In this document: piece after piece, positions 1 to 7,166 of the stretch
Numbering within the stretch: the stretch's first letter is position 1
Layout: every line of letters starts with the position of its first letter
Assembly (NCBI GenBank): GCA_964622035.1
Contig: CAZUPF010000004.1
Span: 9,635 to 23,658 of the forward strand
DNA length: 14,024 nucleotides
Origin: an uncultured Candidatus Saccharibacteria bacterium
GTDB lineage: Bacteria > Patescibacteriota > WWE3 > JAUXAW01 > JAYEID01
Reading direction: 5' to 3'
The notes under the pieces: generated by a model
The model's database searches: none
The model's input: the letters and a program-made list of their open reading frames with translations, nothing else
What the model was told of the DNA's origin: nothing
Made by a program: the position numbers and the translations under genes

Positions 1-4
1 ATTA

Positions 5-13
5 TGATATAAT
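5..13 (+). promoter_or_regulatory. Extended -10 promoter element (TGaTATAAT) for the efflux operon; ATG of first gene lies 9 nt downstream (near-leaderless).
   Basis: TG at 5-6, TATAAT at 8-13. The window starts here, so the -35 cannot be assessed. No SD before the ATG at 23. Confidence 0.35.
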
Positions 14-22
14 GCGCAAACA

Positions 23-1114
23 ATGAACCGTCGCCTCGTAACCGCCATCATCACTTCAATTATTATTCTCACTGGCTACGGAATCCGTCAATTCCGAAAC
101 AAATCCCCCCTCGTCGAAACTATCCTGGTAGAAAGAAAAGATATCACCCAAGTAATCACCGCCAGCGGGGAGATTGATTCCCAAACCAAGGCCGAGCTGA
201 GATTTGAAACTACCGGAAGAGTAGTTTGGCTTCCCATCAGAGTAGGGGACCAGATTCTGGAGGGCCAAGCCCTGGCCTCCCTAGACAATAGGAATACCGA
301 AGAAACCCGTCGCCAGGCCGAGGCCAATCTTAGAAAAGCACAAGCGGATCTAGACAAGGCCGGCGAACTCCGCCGCGAATTTCAAATCGCCCACAAATAC
401 GACTCTCCATCCAGCGAGCTCTTTTCCCAGTTCGGCCAGTACGATGCCCAAGTGAGAGCGGCGGAGGCCCTCGTCGCCAGCTACCATTCCCAACTCGCCC
501 AAGCCGAAACAACCGCCAAGCAGACAACCCTTATCTCCCCAATCACGGGAACAGTTACTGAGCTAAACATTGCCACCGGCGAAGTCTCCCAAGCAACGGG
601 AGCGCCGGCCGTAGTCATCGCCAACCTCTCGCCGCAAAAGCTCTATTTCAAAATTGAAATCGATGAAACTGACCTCGGTAAAATCATCATCGGGCAGCAG
701 GTAAACATTTCCCTAGATACCGCAGGAGACCAAGTGTTCGCGGGGTCCCTAACCGAGCTATCCCCCCAAATAAGCCGCAACGATGATGGGGATAGTATCA
801 TCCGAGCCAAGGTTTTATTTGATCAGGATCTTCCCGAGTATTTACACTTCCTAGGCCTTTCCGGAGATGTGGAAATAATTCTCAACCAGGAGGAGCAGGT
901 ATTGGTCCTGCCACTGGAGGCCGTTCTCGAAGAAGACGGAAAAATATATGTTTGGAAAGTAGAACACGAGAAAGCAAAGAAAGTAGAAGTAGCCCCGGGA
1001 CTGGAGGGAGAGTTCGAAATTGAGATAACTTCCGGCCTCTACGAGGGCGCCGCAGTTGTCACTAGAGACTTCAACCTCCTCAAAGAGGGGCAGCCGGTAG
1101 TAGTAAGGGAGTAG
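23..1114 (+). CDS. HlyD-family periplasmic adaptor subunit (membrane fusion protein) of a tripartite ABC efflux system.
   Basis: 363 aa. N-terminal TM anchor (LVTAIITSIIILTGYGI). Coiled-coil hairpin region (EANLRKAQADLDKA...QVRAAEALVASYHSQLAQAE). Lipoyl/beta-barrel motifs (ISPITGTVTELNIATGEV; KIYVWKVE...). The stop is followed 5 nt later by the ABC ATPase gene. Confidence 0.85.
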   Translation: MNRRLVTAIITSIIILTGYGIRQFRNKSPLVETILVERKDITQVITASGEIDSQTKAELRFETTGRVVWLPIRVGDQILEGQALASLDNRNTEETRRQAEANLRKAQADLDKAGELRREFQIAHKYDSPSSELFSQFGQYDAQVRAAEALVASYHSQLAQAETTAKQTTLISPITGTVTELNIATGEVSQATGAPAVVIANLSPQKLYFKIEIDETDLGKIIIGQQVNISLDTAGDQVFAGSLTELSPQISRNDDGDSIIRAKVLFDQDLPEYLHFLGLSGDVEIILNQEEQVLVLPLEAVLEEDGKIYVWKVEHEKAKKVEVAPGLEGEFEIEITSGLYEGAAVVTRDFNLLKEGQPVVVRE

Positions 1115-1119
1115 CCCCC

Positions 1120-1818
1120 ATGCCAGAGAATCTCATCCATACCACCCACCTTTCCAAGACATATAAGCTAGACTCAATCTGCGTTCCCGCGCTAAAAAGT
1201 ATCAACTTGGACATCAACAGCGGCGAGCTTGTCGCCGTCACCGGACCCTCCGGATCGGGAAAATCCACCCTCCTCAATTTACTTGGCTGCCTAGACACCC
1301 CATCAAGCGGAGCTTACTTCCTTGACGGAATAGAAATCAAACAGGGAAGTAATTTGGCCGCCATCAGGAGAGAGAAAATCGGCTTCATTTTCCAAACTTT
1401 CAATCTCTTACCACGCCTCACCGCCCAAGAAAATGTCGAGATCCCAATGATCTACAAAGGACTGTCCGAAAGAGTTCGCCGAGAACGGGCTCGAGAGCTC
1501 TTAGAATCGGTCGGACTGGGCGAGAGAATCAACCACCGACCCACCCAGCTTTCCGGCGGCGAGCAACAGCGCGTGGCCATCGCCCGGGCCCTAGCCAACG
1601 AACCGGCGCTGATACTAGCCGACGAGCCGACCGGTGACTTAGACACCAAAACCGGCCGGGAAATACTAGCTATTCTAAAAGAACTGAACCGAGAGGGAGT
1701 AACTGTTATCATCGTCACTCACGAGGAGGAACTGGCCCAAGCCACCGATCGGGTAATAAGACTAGTTGACGGATTGGTTATCACCGATAAACCAACTAAC
1801 AATGCAAACCTATCTTGA
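1120..1818 (+). CDS. ABC transporter ATP-binding protein, MacB/LolD family.
   Basis: Walker [11 protein letters not shown]-loop FIFQTF, ABC signature [15 protein letters not shown], Walker [13 protein letters not shown]-loop VTHEEE. SD AAGGGAG precedes the ATG. 232 aa. Confidence 0.95.
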   Translation: MPENLIHTTHLSKTYKLDSICVPALKSINLDINSGELVAVTGPSGSGKSTLLNLLGCLDTPSSGAYFLDGIEIKQGSNLAAIRREKIGFIFQTFNLLPRLTAQENVEIPMIYKGLSERVRRERARELLESVGLGERINHRPTQLSGGEQQRVAIARALANEPALILADEPTGDLDTKTGREILAILKELNREGVTVIIVTHEEELAQATDRVIRLVDGLVITDKPTNNANLS

Positions 1819-3004
1819 GGCCCTGAAATCAGCTCTAAGGTCGCTTAGAGCAAACAAGCTCCGTAGTGTCCTCACCACCCTCGGGGTGGTCATTGGCACC
1901 TTCTCTGTCATCGGCCTGGTTTCTATTGTGTCGGGGCTCGAGGCGGAAATCAAATCCGAAATCGTCGGCTTGGGAGCCGAGACCCTGGATATAATGCCCA
2001 CCGACACCAGCGGGGGCGGGGGGATGATGGGCGGGGGGATGATGTCCAGCTTTAGCGCAAAGGAAACCCAAGCCCTCCGAGAAAGAGCTACTAAACTTGA
2101 ATATTTCAGCGAAACTTACCAACTAATCGGGAACTTCTCCCACGGCAAAAGAGAGGAGCGCAGCTTCCTCATTGGAGTAACTCCAGATTATTTCAAGATT
2201 AGAAACAAGGGAGCTACCGTCGGCCGACTGTTCACCAAAGCCGATGCTGCCAAACGGGCCAAGGTGCTCGTTATCGGGGAGGGCTTAGCCACCGAACTTT
2301 TCGGTACTCGCTCCCCGCTCGGAAAGACCATCAAGGCTAACGGAACACCCTTTGAGGTGATCGGGGTTCTCGAAAAAGAAAGTATGAAGATGGGTAACAT
2401 CGATCTCAACAAAACATCCTACATCCCGGCCCGCACGACTCGGCAAGTTTTTCCCGAGGCCAAGGTCAATGAGATCGTTGCCAAGGTCAAACCGAGCGAA
2501 ACAGTTGCCAATGCCGCCCGCGAAATTGAGCTCATTCTGGAAGATGAGCGTGGCGACAAGGGATTCTCCGTCCTGACTCAAAAAGATATGATGGATCTCA
2601 TTGACCGGATCACCGGCATCATCAGCTTAGCCCTGGCCGGAGTCGCCTCGATCTCCCTTCTGGTCGGGGGTATTGGCATTATGAACATCATGCTAGTTTC
2701 GGTTACGGAGAGAACTAAGGAGATCGGGCTCCGCAAGGCTCTCGGAGCCGAGGACAAGGACATCTTGATCCAGTTCTTGATCGAGGCGATGGTTCTCTGT
2801 CTTTTGGGGGGGATTATCGGAGTAGTCGTCGCCGAGGCGGGATCTCTTCTCGTCACGCGCTACACGGAACTTCCAAGTATGGTTGACCTAACAACGGTCG
2901 GGGCGGCGCTCGCTTTCTCCCTCGCTATCGGGGTCATCTTCGGAACGGCGCCGGCAATCAAAGCGTCCAAACTAGATCCGATTGAGGCGTTGCGCCGGGA
3001 GTAG
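1802..3004 (+). CDS. ABC transporter permease, FtsX/MacB family (N-terminal TM, large extracytoplasmic domain, C-terminal 3-TM FtsX domain).
   Basis: The ORF track starts at 1766, but the ATG at 1802 ([23 protein letters not shown]...) gives the canonical MacB-permease N-terminus and a 17-nt overlap with the upstream ATPase gene. The C-terminal FtsX motifs IMNIMLVSVTERTKEIGLRKALGA...LIEAMVLCLLGGIIGV are present. ~400 aa. Confidence 0.88.
   Translation: MQTYLEALKSALRSLRANKLRSVLTTLGVVIGTFSVIGLVSIVSGLEAEIKSEIVGLGAETLDIMPTDTSGGGGMMGGGMMSSFSAKETQALRERATKLEYFSETYQLIGNFSHGKREERSFLIGVTPDYFKIRNKGATVGRLFTKADAAKRAKVLVIGEGLATELFGTRSPLGKTIKANGTPFEVIGVLEKESMKMGNIDLNKTSYIPARTTRQVFPEAKVNEIVAKVKPSETVANAAREIELILEDERGDKGFSVLTQKDMMDLIDRITGIISLALAGVASISLLVGGIGIMNIMLVSVTERTKEIGLRKALGAEDKDILIQFLIEAMVLCLLGGIIGVVVAEAGSLLVTRYTELPSMVDLTTVGAALAFSLAIGVIFGTAPAIKASKLDPIEALRRE
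2015..2044 (+). repeat. Perfect in-frame tandem duplication (2 x 15 nt, GGCGGGGGGATGATG) inside the permease gene, encoding GGGMM-GGGMM.
   Basis: Unit 1 is 2015-2029 and unit 2 is 2030-2044, identical. Translated context is TSGGGGMMGGGMMSS in the predicted periplasmic domain. Confidence 0.85.
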
Positions 3005-3005
3005 C

Positions 3006-4655
3006 TCAGTAAAGCTCGTCCTTCTTTTCCTTCATAAAGACGCTCCAACCTTCAATCATCTCGATGAAGGTCAAGAAGGGGGCATCAATCAGTGCCGCAA
3101 AGAGGACACTAACCACATTGTACTCCTTCCACTTCTGCGATAGCCACTTTCCAACCTTGGCCACCGGAATCGAAAGGACATCAAGAAAAAACTCCAACAC
3201 ATTAACCCGCTCTTCCTCAACAGTTAGCTCCTTGGCCCGCTGCCGAATGACTAACCCCGCAAAAACAACGACGGCAACATTAAAGGCATCCAAAACGATC
3301 GAAGTGGCCGGAATACGGGCATAGTAAAAAGCCGCGGTCACTAATCCTAAAGACAAGACCGAGCTGACCAAATAAAGAAAATAAATCGCCGCCCGAGCCG
3401 CCGCACTTCTTCTCCTTGCCGGACGGAGCTCAAAAACATCCCGCCTTTCCCCGGGGTAGACAAGCCGCTGTATCCCCTCGACCGCCGCCTCTAAATTACT
3501 TTCTTGCGGCAGGCGCACCGAGGTAACAAGAAGGAACATCACCACCGTCGGTAACAACAGGTCAACAATCATCGCTAGCACGCTGAACCGCCCATAAAAC
3601 AATCGCGCCAGGGGAACTTCAACAACAAACAGCGAAAATCCCCCAGCAACAAAGATCGACAGTGTTGAATAGATCGCCATCCGAAACAGGCGAGACTTCA
3701 AAGTGGTCAGCCGCTTGTCGTATGCGGCCTTAACCAGATTGGCTAAGATTTGGGGGTCGGCCACGCGCTCCGAAACTGCCTCCGGAGCTTCGGCAAAGTC
3801 CTCCAAAACATCCCCCAACAGCAGAAACAGGGTATCGTGTTTTTCGCAAAGTTTAAAAAACCGCTCTGTTTGCGAGTGGGCAAGATCCCCCTCTATTTCC
3901 CGCCAGACCGCCGGTATTTCGGGAGCGAGGCCCGCTAATTGCGTAGTATCTAGCCGAGACCACCCCGGGTAGCGGCGCTGCAGTAGATGGTAGCTGATGA
4001 TGGGCGCATCTAGGTGAAGTAGGGTCCGGTGAACGGCAATGTATATCTGGGTCTGCCTTTCCTCCTCGCTAATACCTAAGCTGGAGCTAGCTCTCGTCTG
4101 CGCCGTCATCACCTCCGCCATAAAGTTGATCAACGCCAGTTGCCTTACCGGAGGAGCAAGAACTTCTTCAAGTTCGCAGGCGGCAATCTCCAAAATCCAG
4201 CTGTACAAGTTAACACGATCCTTAATATTCGCTGAGTGGTTTACGGCCAGAGGGTTGTTCTCCAAAAGGTAAATGTACTTCCCCAAAACCCGTCCTACCT
4301 CGTCAATCTTCTCTCGGGGAAGGCTATCGTTGGGAAAGTGGCCACCACGAACTAATTCCACTACCAGCGGCTCAGCGATCTCCGCAGCCTTAAGATTGGA
4401 GACCAAACTGGAGAAGCCCGAAAGCTTGGAGAGCATCCGCCGCTTGAGGACCCGCTCAATAGCTGTTCGCCGAATGAGGTGCTCCTCTTTCCAATCAACA
4501 ATCATCCGCAACTTCTCATACAGCGCCGCCACGGCCGAGGCCACCTCATCAACATGAAGCGCCACGCTCGCCTCGGTACCCACCTCGGTAGCGAAGCTAT
4601 TTTGATAGGTTTCGATCAACTTTTGAAAATCCGGCGCCAATTCGTTCGTACTCAT
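3006..4655 (-). CDS. Hypothetical membrane protein: ~320-aa soluble N-terminal domain followed by four predicted TM helices and a ~70-aa tail.
   Basis: 549-aa uninterrupted ORF. Hydrophobic segments: MAIYSTLSIFVAGGFSLFVV, FSVLAMIVDLLLPTVVMFLLV, IYFLYLVSSVLSLGLVTAAFYY, SIVLDAFNVAVVVFAGLVI. Sits 49 nt downstream of the MBL hydrolase on the same strand (likely co-transcribed). No family recognised by eye. Confidence 0.75.
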   Translation of the reverse strand: MSTNELAPDFQKLIETYQNSFATEVGTEASVALHVDEVASAVAALYEKLRMIVDWKEEHLIRRTAIERVLKRRMLSKLSGFSSLVSNLKAAEIAEPLVVELVRGGHFPNDSLPREKIDEVGRVLGKYIYLLENNPLAVNHSANIKDRVNLYSWILEIAACELEEVLAPPVRQLALINFMAEVMTAQTRASSSLGISEEERQTQIYIAVHRTLLHLDAPIISYHLLQRRYPGWSRLDTTQLAGLAPEIPAVWREIEGDLAHSQTERFFKLCEKHDTLFLLLGDVLEDFAEAPEAVSERVADPQILANLVKAAYDKRLTTLKSRLFRMAIYSTLSIFVAGGFSLFVVEVPLARLFYGRFSVLAMIVDLLLPTVVMFLLVTSVRLPQESNLEAAVEGIQRLVYPGERRDVFELRPARRRSAAARAAIYFLYLVSSVLSLGLVTAAFYYARIPATSIVLDAFNVAVVVFAGLVIRQRAKELTVEEERVNVLEFFLDVLSIPVAKVGKWLSQKWKEYNVVSVLFAALIDAPFLTFIEMIEGWSVFMKEKKDELY

Positions 4656-4704
4656 TACACATCAGTAAGGATACCAAAATGAGCGGAATACCACAACCTC
4701 CAGG

Positions 4705-5346
4705 CTAGGACTGGCAGTCTCCAGCTCCAATCCCCAAACGGGCCAGCTCTGCACCCAACACCGTTTCCGAACCGTGTCCTGGTAGAACTCGGGTAGGGTA
4801 GGGGAGGGTGGCAACCTTCACTAAGGACTCTCTCAGCTGGGCCGGATTCCCACCCGGAATATCGGTCCGACCGACACCATTTTTGAATAACAAATCACCA
4901 GAAAACAGAATGTCCAAGGACTGTTCATAAAGACAAACGCTCCCCGGGGAGTGGCCCGGAGTATGGACCACCGCCAACGAGTATTTCCCCACGGTAACGT
5001 TCTCTCCCGCAGCAAAGTAGCCATCGGCCATCGGCGGCTCGGTAACCCCCAACCCAAAAAGCGTCTGCGCCGCAACCTGAGCTAAAGCAAGCTCCTCTTT
5101 TGCCTCCGCAAAAATCAAAAAAGGTGCCTTCGTCTCCTCCCGTAGCTGGGCCACACCACCCACATGATCAAAGTGGCCGTGGGTCGCCAAGATAGCTTTT
5201 AATTCCAGTCTCAGCGCCGCCAGCCGCTCAGCTATTCTTTCCGTCCCACCGTCGGGGTCAATCACCACCGCCACCCGCGCAGCCTCGTCACCAAAGAGGT
5301 AACAGCTCGTCGCCAACGGGCCGACCACAAACTTTTCAAGGATCAT
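4705..5346 (-). CDS. MBL-fold metallo-hydrolase (glyoxalase-II / YcbL-like beta-lactamase fold).
   Basis: Metal-binding motif THGHFDHVGG (HxHxDH), downstream HTPGHSPGS and GDLLF...GRTD...LPGHG motifs. 213 aa. Confidence 0.9.
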   Translation of the reverse strand: MILEKFVVGPLATSCYLFGDEAARVAVVIDPDGGTERIAERLAALRLELKAILATHGHFDHVGGVAQLREETKAPFLIFAEAKEELALAQVAAQTLFGLGVTEPPMADGYFAAGENVTVGKYSLAVVHTPGHSPGSVCLYEQSLDILFSGDLLFKNGVGRTDIPGGNPAQLRESLVKVATLPYPTRVLPGHGSETVLGAELARLGIGAGDCQS

Positions 5347-5352
5347 TAGTTA

Positions 5353-5361
5353 ATTCTAGCA
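5353..5361 (-). promoter_or_regulatory. Extended -10 element TGcTAGAAT on the minus strand, 6 nt upstream of the MBL hydrolase ATG (leaderless mRNA predicted).
   Basis: The minus strand reads cTTGCTAGAATtaactaATG. No recognisable -35 and no SD, consistent with an extended -10 driving a leaderless transcript. Confidence 0.45.
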
Positions 5362-5397
5362 AGTTGGGAGCCGCGGGGTACGTAGTATCTTATAAAA

Positions 5398-5426
5398 TTG
5401 ACATTTGGCTGTTCTTTTGCTATAAT
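5398..5426 (+). promoter_or_regulatory. Consensus sigma-70-type promoter for the flotillin operon (TTGACA-17-TATAAT, with TGc extended -10).
   Basis: TTGACA at 5398-5403, 17-nt spacer, TATAAT at 5421-5426, TG at 5418-5419. Predicted TSS ~5433, giving a ~145-nt leader. Confidence 0.6.
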
Positions 5427-5484
5427 CCTTGGAGTTTTAACCCCTACCCAAAAGTTCGTTAACAATCTAAGCCCAAAAAGGGCG

Positions 5485-5510
5485 AAGGAGGCGCTTTTTC
5501 TATGATCTGA
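5485..5510 (+). other. Leader mini-ORF: SD AAGGAGG, 10 nt, AUG AUC UGA (Met-Ile-stop) inside the flotillin 5' leader.
   Basis: AAGGAGG at 5485-5491, ATG 5502-5504, ATC, TGA 5508-5510. The SD sits in the loop of an imperfect hairpin (5475-5480 aaaaag pairs with 5494-5499 cttttt; inner c5483-g5493 and g5484-c5492). Confidence 0.25.
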
Positions 5511-5576
5511 GGTGGCACGCTCAAGAGTTGCAGTACGGTAATGTCTGAAGTCCTAACCACACAAAGGAGGCTAGAC

Positions 5577-7106
5577 GTGTCAGAGGTACTGAAGTGGGTC
5601 GGCAATGCAGTATCAAGCTTCACGAGTATCGCGGCAGTCGCGCTACTGGCTGTCGTAATTCTGTTAGCCCTAGCGCGACGGTTGCGCCATGTTCCCATGG
5701 AGACGGCGCTGATCGTACTTGGCCGTAAGCGCAATATAGTCACAGGAGGGGTCGTGTTTGTCCCTCCCATCATCACGAAAACCCAGAAAGTGGACCTGGC
5801 GGTAAGGATGATCTCTGTCCCAAAGGACACCGTCCTCACCAAACCTGTCGTGCCGGTCACTTTGGACTGGATCGCCAAAGTCCAAGTTAAGTCGGATGAT
5901 GCAAGCATTCTCATCGCTGCCAGAGCTCTAGGCGATAAGAGCGACAAGCAGATCGAGGACCTCGTCACCGATAACTTAGGTGGTGCCTTCCGCGAGGTGG
6001 TTGCCACCCTCACTCCAGAGCAGGTACTCCTCGATAAGGAAGCCCTCGCCAAGAGTGTTACGGCCTGCGCCACATCGGAAATGAGCAGCCTAGGAATGGA
6101 GATTCTCTCGCTGAACGTCGCGGAGATCACCGATGCCCAGGGCTACTACGAGGACCTTGGCCGGCCGCAGATCGCCGCAACCAAGAGAGACGCCGAAATC
6201 GCCAAAGCTGAGGCAGAGCGTGACTCCCGTGTGAAAGCCGCCGAATCAAAACAGACTGCCGAAACGGCGGAGATCGCGTCCGAACTGGCAATTGCCAAAG
6301 AAAAGAAAGACAGGGACGTGCAGATGGCCGAGTTTAAGAGGGAGACCGAGGCCCTGAGAGCCACGTCCGAGATGGCCTTCGACCTGCGGCAGGCCGATAT
6401 AGACAAAGAACTCGCCGCGAAGGAGGGTGCGACTGAGATCGAGAAGCAGAAACAGGCCGCCCTTGCTGCACAGGAGAGGATTGCCGTCACCAAGAAGACA
6501 ATGCGGGCAAGCGTAATCGAACCGGCATTGGCCGCTCAGGAAGCCGCAAAGGCCACCGCCGATGGCGCAGCCTACACGAAGGAGGTCGGGGCCAAAGCAG
6601 ACGCCGAAGCGACCAGGCTCACGGCCGTCGCTACAGCAGAGGAAACCCGACTCACTAAGACAGCTACGGCCGACGGCGACAAGGCGCTCGGTGCAGCCAA
6701 AGCTGAATCCGAAGAGATGCTACTCAAGGGTAAGGCCGCGGGTGAGCGCGATCTGGCCAATGCCCGAGCCGCCGAAGGGCGGGTCAACATTCAAGAACTG
6801 GCCCTCAGGTTGCACTACGAAACCGAGGTCAAGAAGGCGGAAGCTGTTGCTGCCGCCGTCGGGGAGATGCTCAAGGATGTCAAACTCACCTATGTAGGCG
6901 GGTCACCCAGCGCTAGTGGGGGCTCAAACCCCATAGCCGAAACGATCAGTGGTGTTGTCCCCGCGGTAGCGCAGATGGTTGCCCAGGTCACGGGGATGAC
7001 CGGCATGTCTGTTGGAGAGGTCATTGCTGAGGTGATGAGCTTGGGCAAGAACACTGAGGCCACCGAAATCACCGAGGGCACCGAGAATCCTGGTGACGAG
7101 GCCTGA
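5577..7106 (+). CDS. floT: Flotillin-family SPFH/band-7 protein (FloT/YqiK-like), 509 aa from a GTG start.
   Basis: Strong SD AAAGGAGG at 5563-5570, 6 nt before GTG 5577. The ORF-track ATG at 5541 has no SD. N-terminal TM (FTSIAAVALLAVVILLALA). SPFH core with a YYEDLGRPQIAATKRDAEIAKAEAERD motif. Long EA/K-rich coiled coil (QMAEFKRETEALRA..., AKADAEATRL...). C-terminal TYVGGSPSASGGSNP tail. All of these are typical of FloT-type flotillins. Confidence 0.9.
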   Translation: MSEVLKWVGNAVSSFTSIAAVALLAVVILLALARRLRHVPMETALIVLGRKRNIVTGGVVFVPPIITKTQKVDLAVRMISVPKDTVLTKPVVPVTLDWIAKVQVKSDDASILIAARALGDKSDKQIEDLVTDNLGGAFREVVATLTPEQVLLDKEALAKSVTACATSEMSSLGMEILSLNVAEITDAQGYYEDLGRPQIAATKRDAEIAKAEAERDSRVKAAESKQTAETAEIASELAIAKEKKDRDVQMAEFKRETEALRATSEMAFDLRQADIDKELAAKEGATEIEKQKQAALAAQERIAVTKKTMRASVIEPALAAQEAAKATADGAAYTKEVGAKADAEATRLTAVATAEETRLTKTATADGDKALGAAKAESEEMLLKGKAAGERDLANARAAEGRVNIQELALRLHYETEVKKAEAVAAAVGEMLKDVKLTYVGGSPSASGGSNPIAETISGVVPAVAQMVAQVTGMTGMSVGEVIAEVMSLGKNTEATEITEGTENPGDEA

Positions 7107-7117
7107 TCAAACATACA

Positions 7118-7142
7118 GGGATGGTGGCCTAGCCACCATCCC
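7118..7142 (+). promoter_or_regulatory. Perfect 11-bp GC-rich hairpin (GGGATGGTGGC-cta-GCCACCATCCC) in the 60-nt spacer between flotillin and the downstream gene; not followed by a U-run.
   Basis: 7118-7128 pairs perfectly with 7132-7142, with a 3-nt loop. Immediately followed by the SD AAGGAGG (7151-7157) of the next gene. Candidate attenuator or mRNA processing/stability element. Confidence 0.5.
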
Positions 7143-7166
7143 CCAGCCATAAGGAGGCTATGCAAC

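Noticed and set aside
4-12. ATG ATA TAA (a lambda bar-like minigene) at the very start of the window.
   Set aside because: It is simply the TGATATAAT extended -10 hexamer read as codons. It lies in promoter DNA upstream of the predicted TSS.
3064-4682. Several 60-95-aa plus-strand ORFs inside the 549-aa minus-strand gene.
   Set aside because: They are antisense to a long uninterrupted ORF with TM topology, and no signals support them.
5475-5499. A hairpin around the leader SD considered as an intrinsic terminator or attenuator.
   Set aside because: The stem is mostly A:U and the U-run is part of the stem rather than following it. It is better described as an SD-presenting loop than as a terminator.
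5541-5576. The ATG at 5541 as the flotillin start (ORF-track call).
   Set aside because: It has no SD. The in-frame GTG at 5577 has a consensus AAAGGAGG at ideal spacing and yields a 509-aa product with the N-terminal TM right at the start. The ATG at 5541 may still be used at low level.
5459-6130. 223-aa minus-strand ORF antisense to the flotillin gene (also 6146-6493, 6572-6790 and 6890-7567 on the minus strand).
   Set aside because: These lie entirely within or antisense to a confidently identified, SD-backed flotillin/partner coding region. They are low-complexity Ser/Ala/Arg-rich translations typical of antisense frames in GC-rich DNA, with no start signals.
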